Source: an uncultured archaeon (GTDB lineage Archaea; Aenigmatarchaeota; Aenigmatarchaeia; Aenigmatarchaeales; Aenigmatarchaeaceae). Taken from it: DNA of 55,310 bases. Below, in pieces: positions 36,417-46,101 of the stretch. Below the pieces are notes generated by a model. That model made no database searches, was not told the DNA's origin, and worked only from the letters and a program-made list of their open reading frames with translations. The DNA lies in assembly GCA_964353745.1 (NCBI GenBank), contig CAYGWD010000003.1, positions 1-55,310 on the forward strand, read 5' to 3'. How positions within the stretch are numbered: position 1 is the first letter of the stretch; each line of letters begins with the position of its first letter. The translations under genes and the position numbers were made by a program.

Positions 36417-38699
36417 ATGGAAGACACTTCTATATGGACTGAAAAGTATAGACCAAAGTTGTTAAAGGAAATAATAGACCAAAAACATGTCGTGGAAAGG
36501 CTAAAATCCTTTGTTAAAGAAGGTAGAATACCGCATATGATTTTTTCAGGGCCTCCTGGAACTGGAAAGACTTGTTGTGCCATAGCTGTTGCAAGAGAAT
36601 TGTTTGGTGACAGTTGGAAACAGAATTTTCAAGAAACAAACGCAAGCGTGACACCTGAAACTCCAATCATGATAAGAAAAAATGGTGATATTAAAAGAAC
36701 CTGTTTTGGAGAAATTGCCAAAGAGTATTTTGGCTCGAGCTCAGCTAAATATGCAGATGTTAGAGATTTAGACATTTTGTCTGTAGATAAGAGTGATCAA
36801 GTAAAATTTAAACCTGTTTCCCTGATATCTAGACATAAAGTCAGTAAAATTGCAAAAATAAGATATGAAGGAGGGTCTATAAAGACAAGTCTAAATCATT
36901 CTATAATTGTAATAGATAAAAATGGTAATCTAAAATCAAAAGAGGTTGCACGATTAAAAAAAGGAGATTTGTTAATAACCTTTAAAACAGAGATAAATTC
37001 AGAAAATCCCGTTCTAAATTTTGAAAAATTCAAGCCGAATCAATTTTGCAATTTGGGTTGCGTAGTCAAAAATCCGAAAATAAAAGCTGTAATTAATAAC
37101 ATGGAGCTAAAGGATGATATGGCATGGCTCTTTGGTATGTATTTAGCTGAAGGCTGCTCGTCCATTAGAAAAACTGGAACTAACGGTTGTGTAATTTTTA
37201 CTTTATCATACCCGTCGGAAATTGAAATAGCAAATAATCTAGGTAATATAATAGAAAATAACTTTAATTTACAATCTTACAAAACAATATCTCCTTCTGG
37301 ATTTAAACCTGAAAATTTATCATCTGTGCAACTAAGGATTTGGAATACTCAGCTATCCAAATTCTTTTTGGACAATTTCTATAGCGATTCGACAATAAAA
37401 GATGCAACTACAAAGAGAGTACCAACTTTTATATTTAATTCTGACGTAGACTGTAAATTATCTTTTCTGAAAGGTTATACAGGAGATGCTTGTGGAAAAT
37501 GGAACGAAAATATAAGATATAGTTCGAGTTCAAAAGAAAATCTAATTGATGTTTCTTGGCTTGGAAGAATATCTAATTTAGAAACATCTCACTTTTCTAC
37601 AGAATCAAGAATAATATGGAAATCGCCTTCTTCATCGTACATAAAAACGGAGTTTGCTCCATCAGAACCTTTAACCTACTTAATTGAAAAATTAGGGTTG
37701 GAAAACAAATATAGATGCTTGTTGAGACATCAACTTTATGGGAAAAAATCTAAGAGATTATCAAAAAATATTGCCAAGAAATTCCTTGAAGAAATTGCTA
37801 AAAAACATAGAAATAAGATTATTACTAACTTGTTAAAATTTGTTAATTCTCCACTTTCTGTGGTTAGGATAAATGATATTGAGACGGAAGATTATGATGA
37901 TTTTGTTTATGACGTTTCAGTTCCAAACGCAGAGATGTTTTGGGGAGGAACTACACCTATACTTTTGCATAACAGCGATATGCGTGGTATTGACGTAATA
38001 AGGACAAGGATCAAAAACTTTTCGAGAATGAAACCAATGGGAGCCTCGTTTAAGATAATATTCCTGGATGAGGCTGACGCCTTGACATCAGATGCGCAGA
38101 ATGCTCTAAGGAGATTAATGGAAATGTACTCTGACGTGACGAGATTCATTTTAAGTTGCAATTATTCCTCTAACATAATCTCGCCGATACAAAGCAGGGC
38201 GGTTGTATTTAGGTTCAAATCATTGACAAAAGAAAATGTTTTTGAATATATGGAAAGGATTGTGAAGGGAGAGAAATTGAAAATAGACAAAGAAGCCTTG
38301 GAAGTGCTATACGAGGTATCTGAAGGCGACATGAGGAAGGCCACGAATGTATTGCAAGCCTCGGCAGTGCTAGGAAAGAAAATTACCAAAGACGCAATTT
38401 ATGAAGTTGCCGCGCAAGCAGAGCCCAAGGAAGTTATAGGCATGATGAATCATGCTCTTAATGGCAAGTTCACTGACGCAAGAGAAATTTTAAAAGAACT
38501 ATTGCTAAAGAGAGGCATTTCTGGCCAGGACATAATAAAGGAAATCTCAAACCAATTGTACAAGCTAGACATTTCTGACAAAGCAAAGATAGATCTTGTG
38601 GAAAAGGTTGGAGAATCTGAATTCAGAATAAACCAAGGCGGGAATGAACAGCTGCAATTGGAGGCCTTGTTAGCCCAGTTCGCCCTCTACAAAAAATAG
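36417..38699 (+). CDS. rfcS: Replication factor C small subunit with one intein (about 317 aa spliced)
   Basis: WTEKYRP, GPPGTGKT, ETNA|SDMRGIDVIR, LDEADALT..AQNALRR, IQSRA. Confidence 0.96.
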   Translation: MEDTSIWTEKYRPKLLKEIIDQKHVVERLKSFVKEGRIPHMIFSGPPGTGKTCCAIAVARELFGDSWKQNFQETNASVTPETPIMIRKNGDIKRTCFGEIAKEYFGSSSAKYADVRDLDILSVDKSDQVKFKPVSLISRHKVSKIAKIRYEGGSIKTSLNHSIIVIDKNGNLKSKEVARLKKGDLLITFKTEINSENPVLNFEKFKPNQFCNLGCVVKNPKIKAVINNMELKDDMAWLFGMYLAEGCSSIRKTGTNGCVIFTLSYPSEIEIANNLGNIIENNFNLQSYKTISPSGFKPENLSSVQLRIWNTQLSKFFLDNFYSDSTIKDATTKRVPTFIFNSDVDCKLSFLKGYTGDACGKWNENIRYSSSSKENLIDVSWLGRISNLETSHFSTESRIIWKSPSSSYIKTEFAPSEPLTYLIEKLGLENKYRCLLRHQLYGKKSKRLSKNIAKKFLEEIAKKHRNKIITNLLKFVNSPLSVVRINDIETEDYDDFVYDVSVPNAEMFWGGTTPILLHNSDMRGIDVIRTRIKNFSRMKPMGASFKIIFLDEADALTSDAQNALRRLMEMYSDVTRFILSCNYSSNIISPIQSRAVVFRFKSLTKENVFEYMERIVKGEKLKIDKEALEVLYEVSEGDMRKATNVLQASAVLGKKITKDAIYEVAAQAEPKEVIGMMNHALNGKFTDAREILKELLLKRGISGQDIIKEISNQLYKLDISDKAKIDLVEKVGESEFRINQGGNEQLQLEALLAQFALYKK
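36645..37973 (+). mobile_element. Ser-initiated intein in RFC-S (443 aa, LAGLIDADG)
   Basis: SVTPETPIMI..TSLNHSII..FGMYLAEG..FLKGYTGD..VYDVSVPNAEMFWGGTTPILLHN|S; removal restores the ETNASD motif. Confidence 0.93.
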
Positions 38700-38708
38700 G
38701 AAGATTGA

Positions 38709-39776
38709 ATGCTTGTTGAAAAATATAAACCCAAAAGACTAGCAGAAGTTGTAGGACAGAAAATAATTGTTCAAAAAATTATAGACTATCTCAAGAATTG
38801 GAAACGCGGAAAGGCTTTGCTATTGTATGGACCAACGGGAATAGGAAAGACTCTGATAGTAGAGGTCGTCTCCAAGGAAAATAAATTTAACCTAACGGAA
38901 ATCAACACAACCGACAAAGACATTGTTTCTTACATAAAGGAAGTTCTGCTTCCGGCATCCAAAGAAAGCTCTCTTTTCAATAGAAGATTGATACTAATAG
39001 ACGAGGTGGATTCTTTCAGCGACAGAGGAGCAATAACTGAAGTTATCAAGATAATAAAAGAGAGCGCCAGCCCTGTGATACTGACTGCTAACAATGCCTA
39101 TGAACAAAAGCTAAAAACCTTGAGATATTATTGCACGCTAGTTAGAATCAACAGGATACCCGTGAACCTTATGGAAAGGGAATTGAAGAGAATAGTCCTG
39201 AGAGAAAAAATAAATATTAAAGAGGAAATGATAAGAAGGATTGCTGCTGATTCTGATGGCGACATCAGAGCTGCGATAAATGACTTGGAAGTATTTTCAA
39301 AGGATACAGAATTTAGCGTCAGGGATAGAGAAAGAGATATATTTAGAACTTTGAAAGTAATTTTCCAGTCAAATAATCTAGGAAATGCCCTGCAAGCAAT
39401 AGGAGAAAGTGATAAAGACGTTGACGAGATATTCTGGTGGATAGAGCAGAATGTTCCTCTTGAATTCAAAAGCAATGAAGAAATAGCAAAGGCTTTTGAA
39501 TTGTTAAGCAAAGCAGACTTGTTTAGAAGCAAAATAACTGTTAACCAAAACTATAGATTCAAAAGATATATGAAGGATTTGATGGCTGGCATCACTCTAA
39601 TCGGAAACAATAAAAAGTTCATAATGTACAAGCCTCCGGATAGATTTATTTTACTAGGAAGAAAAGCTTTTGGAAATAAGAATGAACTATATGAAAATTT
39701 AGATAGTATTTTGCATTGTTCCAAAAGAAAAATAAAAGAACAGATGCCTTATTTGAATATTATTTTAAAGAAATAA
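38709..39776 (+). CDS. rfcL: Replication factor C large subunit (short form)
   Basis: LVEKYKP, GPTGIGKT, LIDEVD, GDIRAAINDL, WIEQNVP; directly after rfcS. Confidence 0.9.
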   Translation: MLVEKYKPKRLAEVVGQKIIVQKIIDYLKNWKRGKALLLYGPTGIGKTLIVEVVSKENKFNLTEINTTDKDIVSYIKEVLLPASKESSLFNRRLILIDEVDSFSDRGAITEVIKIIKESASPVILTANNAYEQKLKTLRYYCTLVRINRIPVNLMERELKRIVLREKINIKEEMIRRIAADSDGDIRAAINDLEVFSKDTEFSVRDRERDIFRTLKVIFQSNNLGNALQAIGESDKDVDEIFWWIEQNVPLEFKSNEEIAKAFELLSKADLFRSKITVNQNYRFKRYMKDLMAGITLIGNNKKFIMYKPPDRFILLGRKAFGNKNELYENLDSILHCSKRKIKEQMPYLNIILKK

Positions 39777-39787
39777 TAAATTTAATT

Positions 39788-42700
39788 TTACCCAGCATAT
39801 TTAGAACTCAAGGGCAGATAATCTGTATTGTTAGTTGTACTTGTATAATTTAAAATGTAAGGAATATCGCAAAAACCGTCTGTGTTTGCATCTGTGCAAG
39901 TATCTGAATAGCCATTACCAGTAGAGTTAGTCCAATAATTCCCGCCTATCTCGCTACCATTTGAATATACTCTTGTTCCTAATTGCTCGGTGACATTCCA
40001 GTTGTTAGAATAAATTCCAGTAACAAAATAATTCTTAGATGTAGATGATTCATTGAATAAGTTGTTATAAATAGTATTTCCATAACTTCCTGTAAGTTGA
40101 ATTACATCAGCACTTATATCGGGATTATTTCCACTGTATTGATATTTTGTCTGTATCCTATTATCCTTTATTGTATTAAGACTTGAATAAGATAAATGAA
40201 TTCCATCAGCTTGTTGATCAGAAGTCTTTATCGTATTGTTTTGAATCATAGTTGAGTTTGAATCTGATAAGTCAATTCCAAATCCACTATAAGCGTAGGT
40301 TGTTATCGTATTGTTCCTAATGGTGTTGTTGTTGGAGAGATCTTGAAATGATATACCAAAACCATAATTCCAGTCAGTCGTGATGTTGGAGTTTTCTATT
40401 GTAGAGTTTGTAGTAAGGCCGAATGTTATTCCATTTTTGTCAAGGGTCACGTTTCTTATCGTGATATTGGTAGAGTTGGCTATGAACAACTGCCCTATGT
40501 TATTGTTATTCTGTATGATTATGGAATTGTTATTAAAGTAGTAATAGACAGGCTTGCCTCTTTGAGTATTGTTTTGTACTGTGTGATTAAAATCAGACGT
40601 CAAATCATACCAGGATTCTATGTAAATGGCATAGCCGGTTGTGTTGAAAGTGTTATTAATTATATATGAATTAGTTTCCGAAGTCAAGTAAACACCAGAG
40701 TCGAAGCTACCTTGACTGTTAACAATGTTGTTTATTACGCTGTTATGGTTGTTCTGACGCAGGCCGACACCGGCTGTCCATCCGCACAAGGCGTTTAGGA
40801 TGTTGTTGCTTATCATGTTGTAGTTGGAATTCCATATGAGATAAACTACTGTGTTGGCACCCGTGTAAACTGTCATGGTGTTGTTGGTTATGTTGTTGAA
40901 GCTTGAACCTTGAAGATAAACTGCATTATTGCCCCAATCCAAGCTGTATACGTTTATTGTGTTGTTCTGTATGGTTCCGTTGTTGGCATTAACGAAAACG
41001 ATGGAATGGTTGTAATTACCAATTGAATTCTGGATAATGTTGCAGTTCCTTATTTTTGTAAAGTTATATCCAGTGTTATTGACAGCGTAACCTGGAGACG
41101 CCATGGAATAATTAATCGTATACCCCTGACAGTTCAGAGTAATATTGTTTGCAAGAATATTGAAGCATGTTCCTACAGACGAAACATTACTGTTCAAGCA
41201 ATAAACTTTGTTAGCTTGATTTAAGTTGGAACAAGTTGATATATAATTGTCACAGTAAGCCGATGTCGTCGTCGTGAGTGTGCGAGTTTCAGTCTTATTA
41301 GTATTACCTGATGTGTCAATAGCATAGGCATAGTATTGATAAACACTGTTGGTAAGGTTGGTGAAATTGTGATAAAGTCTGTTCAATCCAGAGTTGTAAG
41401 AAGCATTTATTTCTTCTGGCGATAAGGCGCGGTTCCATACACGCACCTCGTCGATGGTGCCATTGAAAAAAGATGCACCCCAACTAGGACTTCCGCCTAT
41501 CCAAAGATCATAAACATCAGATTTTGGTATCAATGTTTGTGGAGCTGTGTTATCAACTTTTCCGTTAACATATAATATCATATGAGTGCTGTTCCAGACG
41601 AACGCAACATGATACCAAGTATAATTTTGAATAACCGTGTTACCACTTATATAATTTTCATTAGTTGCATTAGCAATTTGTCCTCCCAATTTATAATCGC
41701 TCTTAATCATAAAATTGTATCCATTTCGGTCACTGGGCCAATCATCCTTTCCTATGAACACATCATAATTGGCACTCCCATATATCTTGTGATATATCCA
41801 GGCTTCTAACGTTCCTGTACTTGACAAGTTAAGGCAAGATGGATTACCGGCGTTTATATAATTATTACCCCATTGCACTCCATTAAAGTTCAATCCATAT
41901 CCGTACTTGCCTGTGGTTATGTTGCTCGAAGTTACGCCATTAAACGTTCCAAAATTGTTCCATGTAGAATTGTCAAAAACACCAGAAGAGTTATATGAAT
42001 CCATTGACCAGTAGCCTACCAAGCTTCTGTTCCAATCGATGAAGGAAGAAGTGTTTAAAGCATCAGTTATCGAGACGTTTACATAAGACCAATTCCTACT
42101 GACAGTTGCACCGTTGTTGTCAGTCGGACTGACAAACTGAATTAGCAGAGGCGTGCCTGTTGTCGTAAGACTGAAGATGTAACTTGTGTTCCATTTACCA
42201 GAGGTATCGTTTGCATAGACCTGCCATCTTATCGTGCAGCCAACAATCGGACTAATTGCCTTAATCACGCTCGACCAGTTATTTAAACCAGTCATAGGCA
42301 CCCACGCATCATTGGTAAAAGAGCCTGTACAGTTATCGAAGCTAAAGACATAGCCGCTCAAATCGACAACGTCAGTCCAATTCAAGCTAAACAGAGTAGG
42401 TTGACCTGCAAGAGTGTTGTTAACAAAGTTATTGAACCATACGGGATTGGGTACAATCTTTTCTTGGTAAGGAAACTCTGTTTCTGTATGCATTCCATTT
42501 GTTTTAAGCGTAAAGTCAAAATAATTTTGCTCGTCTGGGAAGCATTTATCCCCGACATAATCGCTGCTAATTGCTGCACAATCAACATGAAGGTCTGGAA
42601 TTCCTCCACCACCAACATTAACTCCACCAAACCTATATTCATCGATTAATTTACCTTTATCTCCGCTATTAACTATTTGATCAATTTTCAGAAATCCATC

Positions 42701-43417
42701 ATGCCATGCTTTTATTTTTGAATTTGTACCATTCTCGTACCAATATAATTCAAAAAAATGCCACTCATTTTCGCCAATGCTAATAGTAGAATTCCAACTG
42801 GTTCCAATAGAATCAGAATAAGCATGCACTCTGTAAGTACCTTGATAATACCACAAACCTAAACCTAAAATTTGATTTCCGTTCTCAAAAAAATTAATGA
42901 AGTAATGTCTTTGATCATTTAAAGGTAATGTCTTAAAATTTACATATACTCTTGCATAGACTTCGTTCATTCCAGATAGTTTCTTATAAACATATTCAAT
43001 ATTATCACAATAAAGACTAAAGGAACCATCATATGCATAATTAACCACTTCTGGACAAAAATCTACGCCTGTACAACCTATGCCATCCCACTCACTTAAA
43101 TCTCCTGTTTCAAAACCATTTGAAAAAATTATAAATTTGCTATCGAAATCTATTCCCTTCTTTAATAACTCTTGTTTGAAAAAGTTCTTTGTAAAGTCTA
43201 TATCCTTTGCTACCTTATTGAGGTCTCCGTTGTTGCTGATGTTAGAAGTGTTAAGGGTCTGAATAAAGCTATCCTTTATGTTCTTGATATAAGAAAGTTC
43301 TTGATGCTCCTCAACCCCGCTCAGCCTTATGTCACTGAATCCTGTCAGGTATTGAAAGGTTAGCACGATGACATAAATCATTATCACGCTCGAGATAATG
43401 AAGAATTGCGCTTTCAT
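39788..43417 (-). CDS. Large surface protein with pilin-like (class III) N-terminus, two concanavalin/LamG-like domains, Ig-like module and NosD/CASH right-handed beta-helix
   Basis: MKAQFFIISS; NGFETGDLSEW; LVGYWSMD..WYHVAFVWN..LYVNG..FNGTIDEVRVWNRALS; repeated N.I.NNTI turns; GGNYW..D.N.DGFCD.PY..DYLPL ending. Confidence 0.85.
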   Translation of the reverse strand: MKAQFFIISSVIMIYVIVLTFQYLTGFSDIRLSGVEEHQELSYIKNIKDSFIQTLNTSNISNNGDLNKVAKDIDFTKNFFKQELLKKGIDFDSKFIIFSNGFETGDLSEWDGIGCTGVDFCPEVVNYAYDGSFSLYCDNIEYVYKKLSGMNEVYARVYVNFKTLPLNDQRHYFINFFENGNQILGLGLWYYQGTYRVHAYSDSIGTSWNSTISIGENEWHFFELYWYENGTNSKIKAWHDGFLKIDQIVNSGDKGKLIDEYRFGGVNVGGGGIPDLHVDCAAISSDYVGDKCFPDEQNYFDFTLKTNGMHTETEFPYQEKIVPNPVWFNNFVNNTLAGQPTLFSLNWTDVVDLSGYVFSFDNCTGSFTNDAWVPMTGLNNWSSVIKAISPIVGCTIRWQVYANDTSGKWNTSYIFSLTTTGTPLLIQFVSPTDNNGATVSRNWSYVNVSITDALNTSSFIDWNRSLVGYWSMDSYNSSGVFDNSTWNNFGTFNGVTSSNITTGKYGYGLNFNGVQWGNNYINAGNPSCLNLSSTGTLEAWIYHKIYGSANYDVFIGKDDWPSDRNGYNFMIKSDYKLGGQIANATNENYISGNTVIQNYTWYHVAFVWNSTHMILYVNGKVDNTAPQTLIPKSDVYDLWIGGSPSWGASFFNGTIDEVRVWNRALSPEEINASYNSGLNRLYHNFTNLTNSVYQYYAYAIDTSGNTNKTETRTLTTTTSAYCDNYISTCSNLNQANKVYCLNSNVSSVGTCFNILANNITLNCQGYTINYSMASPGYAVNNTGYNFTKIRNCNIIQNSIGNYNHSIVFVNANNGTIQNNTINVYSLDWGNNAVYLQGSSFNNITNNTMTVYTGANTVVYLIWNSNYNMISNNILNALCGWTAGVGLRQNNHNSVINNIVNSQGSFDSGVYLTSETNSYIINNTFNTTGYAIYIESWYDLTSDFNHTVQNNTQRGKPVYYYFNNNSIIIQNNNNIGQLFIANSTNITIRNVTLDKNGITFGLTTNSTIENSNITTDWNYGFGISFQDLSNNNTIRNNTITTYAYSGFGIDLSDSNSTMIQNNTIKTSDQQADGIHLSYSSLNTIKDNRIQTKYQYSGNNPDISADVIQLTGSYGNTIYNNLFNESSTSKNYFVTGIYSNNWNVTEQLGTRVYSNGSEIGGNYWTNSTGNGYSDTCTDANTDGFCDIPYILNYTSTTNNTDYLPLSSKYAG

Positions 43418-43421
43418 TATT

Positions 43422-43838
43422 TCACTTTATCAATTTGACAGAGTTCTTAGCCCCGCAAGCCTCGCATTTTAAGAAGATTATCCTATCTTCTTTTGATAAC
43501 TTTGTGTCAGGCCTGCCGCACTCCTTGCAGAGGACATAGCCCTTCACGTACATATCCAATTTTTTCTGTATCAGGCTTTGCGGTATTTTAGATTGCAGCA
43601 TGGCCCTGCTGCCGTCAAAATTAGCCGGCGTTGCCAACTCTTTTGTCAAGAATTTTAACAAGTGCTTGGGGTCTCTTCTTAGAGATTCGCATATTTGAGA
43701 AAAATTCTTGATTACGGTTTGGCTGCCCTGGATAGCGGTTTCTACAGTAGGAATTTCAAACCTATCCGAATATTTTGCTGTCTGGGGCAATTTTTCATAC
43801 GCCTTGTTTAACAATTCTTCATAGTCCATTCTGTTCAC
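43422..43838 (-). CDS. eif2b: Translation initiation factor aIF2 beta subunit
   Basis: YEELLNKAY, DRFEIP, NFSQICESLRRDPKHLLKFL..ELAT, CKECGRPDT..CEACGA. Confidence 0.95.
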   Translation of the reverse strand: MNRMDYEELLNKAYEKLPQTAKYSDRFEIPTVETAIQGSQTVIKNFSQICESLRRDPKHLLKFLTKELATPANFDGSRAMLQSKIPQSLIQKKLDMYVKGYVLCKECGRPDTKLSKEDRIIFLKCEACGAKNSVKLIK

Positions 43839-43860
43839 TAAATTAATATTATTTTGATAT

Positions 43861-44946
43861 TTATATAATTCTAAAGTTTAGAGTTTGATCTGGAGTCAAA
43901 GACTGGCTACAGATTCTTACCGAATCTATTGTGCCATTAAAGTAGTATCCAGAAGTAGCGTGCCTTCCAATATTTAAAGGAGTTGAGGTAGAAAGAGGAT
44001 TGCCAACATAGTTCCCTCCAGAAACAAGACTAGTTTCGTTACCATTTACATAGATTTTTTGCTTTCCAGACGTATGTGTTCCCATTAAATGATAAAACTG
44101 ACCAGTACTAGGTGTATATGAACTTGTAGTCCTCAGCCAAAAACCACCACAATTAGTTCCGTTACCAAAATATATGAGAACTCGCGAAGAATCATCAATG
44201 GCAATCCCATATCCATTACAATTTTCTTCTTTGTAAACTAAATATTGATAGCCTGTTTTCATGTTTCGTTTTACCCATAATTCTATAGTGTAATCACCAG
44301 CAATATTTATACTTTTATCATTGGATACTGAGACAAAGTCATTGATGCCATCAAATTCTAATGCAGAACCATATATCCCTTGAGTCCATTTTGGACAACC
44401 AGAAGTTGGGGGATTAGAACATATTGAAGTACCACTATATAATGTTCCATCGTTCCCATAAGGAGAACTGTCTTTAGCAGTTGTTCCTGAACCTTCATCA
44501 AATTCCAAGTCCAAAACCGTAACGCAAGAATCTGGCAACTCTGCATCAAACATGGCAGAAGTTTCGAAATTTGGATTGGTTATTCTTAAGTAATGCTGTC
44601 CTATTGACATACTCCAAACTCCTTGAATACTTAGTGTCCCAGTTTTTCCTGCATCTATAGAAGTGGGAGCTAAATCAAAATTAGTTATTTCTCCATCAAC
44701 ATAAACATTCAAAGTATCATTTGTTATTACACCCTGACCACAGTTCCTAATGAAAAACTTATTCTGGGTCGCCTCCTCTATTCTCATGCATGAAGATAAA
44801 GTCTCTAAACTTCTTTGCGTTCTAGCCTCTCCTGTCTGGCTAACCTGCGAATAGTAGCTATTTAAATAAAACCAAAGCATCAGACCTATGGAGACGACCA
44901 TGCACGCAACAATGATTAAAGTTATTAAATCTACGGCACCTTTCAT
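43861..44946 (-). CDS. Type IV pilin-like protein with C-terminal LamG/concanavalin domain
   Basis: MKG-AVDLITLIIV class III signal; IRNCG..LNVYVDG pilin head; FDEGSGTTAKDSSPYGNDG..FNGTIDSVRI LamG. Confidence 0.82.
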   Translation of the reverse strand: MKGAVDLITLIIVACMVVSIGLMLWFYLNSYYSQVSQTGEARTQRSLETLSSCMRIEEATQNKFFIRNCGQGVITNDTLNVYVDGEITNFDLAPTSIDAGKTGTLSIQGVWSMSIGQHYLRITNPNFETSAMFDAELPDSCVTVLDLEFDEGSGTTAKDSSPYGNDGTLYSGTSICSNPPTSGCPKWTQGIYGSALEFDGINDFVSVSNDKSINIAGDYTIELWVKRNMKTGYQYLVYKEENCNGYGIAIDDSSRVLIYFGNGTNCGGFWLRTTSSYTPSTGQFYHLMGTHTSGKQKIYVNGNETSLVSGGNYVGNPLSTSTPLNIGRHATSGYYFNGTIDSVRICSQSLTPDQTLNFRII

Positions 44947-44995
44947 AAGAATTATTTGTTTTATATATATTATAATTTCTTTACCTTGTCTAAGT

Positions 44996-45745
44996 TTATC
45001 CTATTTTTTTTATCTTGCCGGCAATAGGCTCGAAGCAGACGCCACTCTCTAACAGGTCCTGTATTGAGAAATCAACATCATTTTCAGACAAGCCAGACTT
45101 TGTCAGAATCTCTTGATAGTCCGCGCCTTCGCCTTTGTCTAATTTCTCAATGAGATTCAGAATCTTGCTCTTGATCTCAACAGAACTGATCACCTTTTCC
45201 TCGGTCATATTTTCTGTTATTTGCTGAGCTTCCAAGATTCCTTCGGCGTCCTCTAGGCTCATGAACTGCTTAACGGCTGTTTTTAACTCATTTAAATCAG
45301 AGGTTTGTTTTTGCAACTCTTTTATATTCTTTATCTTCTCCCTCTGCTCTCTAAGTATCTTTTCTAACTCAAGAAGCCGTAGCGTCTCAAAGTTAGGATC
45401 GGCCTTCTTCACTATCTCTGGTATTATGTAAATCTCTCCGTTGTATTCCCTTATCTTTCCAAAAGCATCCACGAAGTCTCCTTCCCCAAAGCCGTCAAAT
45501 ATCTTGATGTTGACAAAGGTTTTGCACCTAATGGTGTCAGTGGAATCGTCCAATGTTATCGTGGAGTATCTCTCATCGGGACTTATGAACTTGTCAACTA
45601 TCAGGCCCAGTATTCTTACCCGAGACAATCTTCTTCCCAAATTGGTTAAGGCATAGCTGCTCTCAAAACCGCTTTTTCTCACAAAGGTTCCATTAACTAT
45701 CTCGCCAATCGACGCTTTTTTTGCTGTTATTCTTTTTATTTCCAT
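44996..45745 (-). CDS. RPA32/RPA2-like OB-fold protein with C-terminal winged helix
   Basis: SRVRILGLIVDKF..ITLDDSTDTIRCK..FGKIREYNGEIYIIPE; C-terminal IQDLLESGVCFEP. Confidence 0.85.
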   Translation of the reverse strand: MEIKRITAKKASIGEIVNGTFVRKSGFESSYALTNLGRRLSRVRILGLIVDKFISPDERYSTITLDDSTDTIRCKTFVNIKIFDGFGEGDFVDAFGKIREYNGEIYIIPEIVKKADPNFETLRLLELEKILREQREKIKNIKELQKQTSDLNELKTAVKQFMSLEDAEGILEAQQITENMTEEKVISSVEIKSKILNLIEKLDKGEGADYQEILTKSGLSENDVDFSIQDLLESGVCFEPIAGKIKKIG

Positions 45746-45749
45746 AATA

Positions 45750-46100
45750 TCACTCTAATTTTATCTCCTTAGTATTATCAAAAGCCGGAGCATGAACCAA
45801 AAACAATCTCAGTTTTCCTTTGGTCGTCTTGTAATCATATGGTGTGTTTTTTGGAACTATGATAACATCATTTTTTTCTACCAGAACAACTTCTTCATTT
45901 ATTATAAATTTTCCTTTTCCCCCTAAAATTAAATAAACTCTGTCGCTTGCTAAAGATTTAACTTTTCCATGTTTTCCTGTTACCTCAAACATTGCTGCGC
46001 TTGTTCTTTCAAAATCTTCTTTAGAATTAAATTCCCAACCTTTTAATCCTTCCCACCCAAAATGTTTGGCATCTTTTAATTTAAATTTTAATATCATCAA
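45750..46100 (-). CDS. Cupin-domain protein
   Basis: HGKVKS..SDRVYLILGGKGKF..NDVIIVPKNTPYDY. Confidence 0.8.
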   Translation of the reverse strand: MMILKFKLKDAKHFGWEGLKGWEFNSKEDFERTSAAMFEVTGKHGKVKSLASDRVYLILGGKGKFIINEEVVLVEKNDVIIVPKNTPYDYKTTKGKLRLFLVHAPAFDNTKEIKLE

Positions 46101-46101
46101 A

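Noticed and set aside
36645-37973. Ser-initiated RFC intein as a novelty
   Set aside because: Matches the known RFC insertion at the NA|SD motif (Ser start, ..LHN end, as recalled for the M. jannaschii RFC-2 intein)
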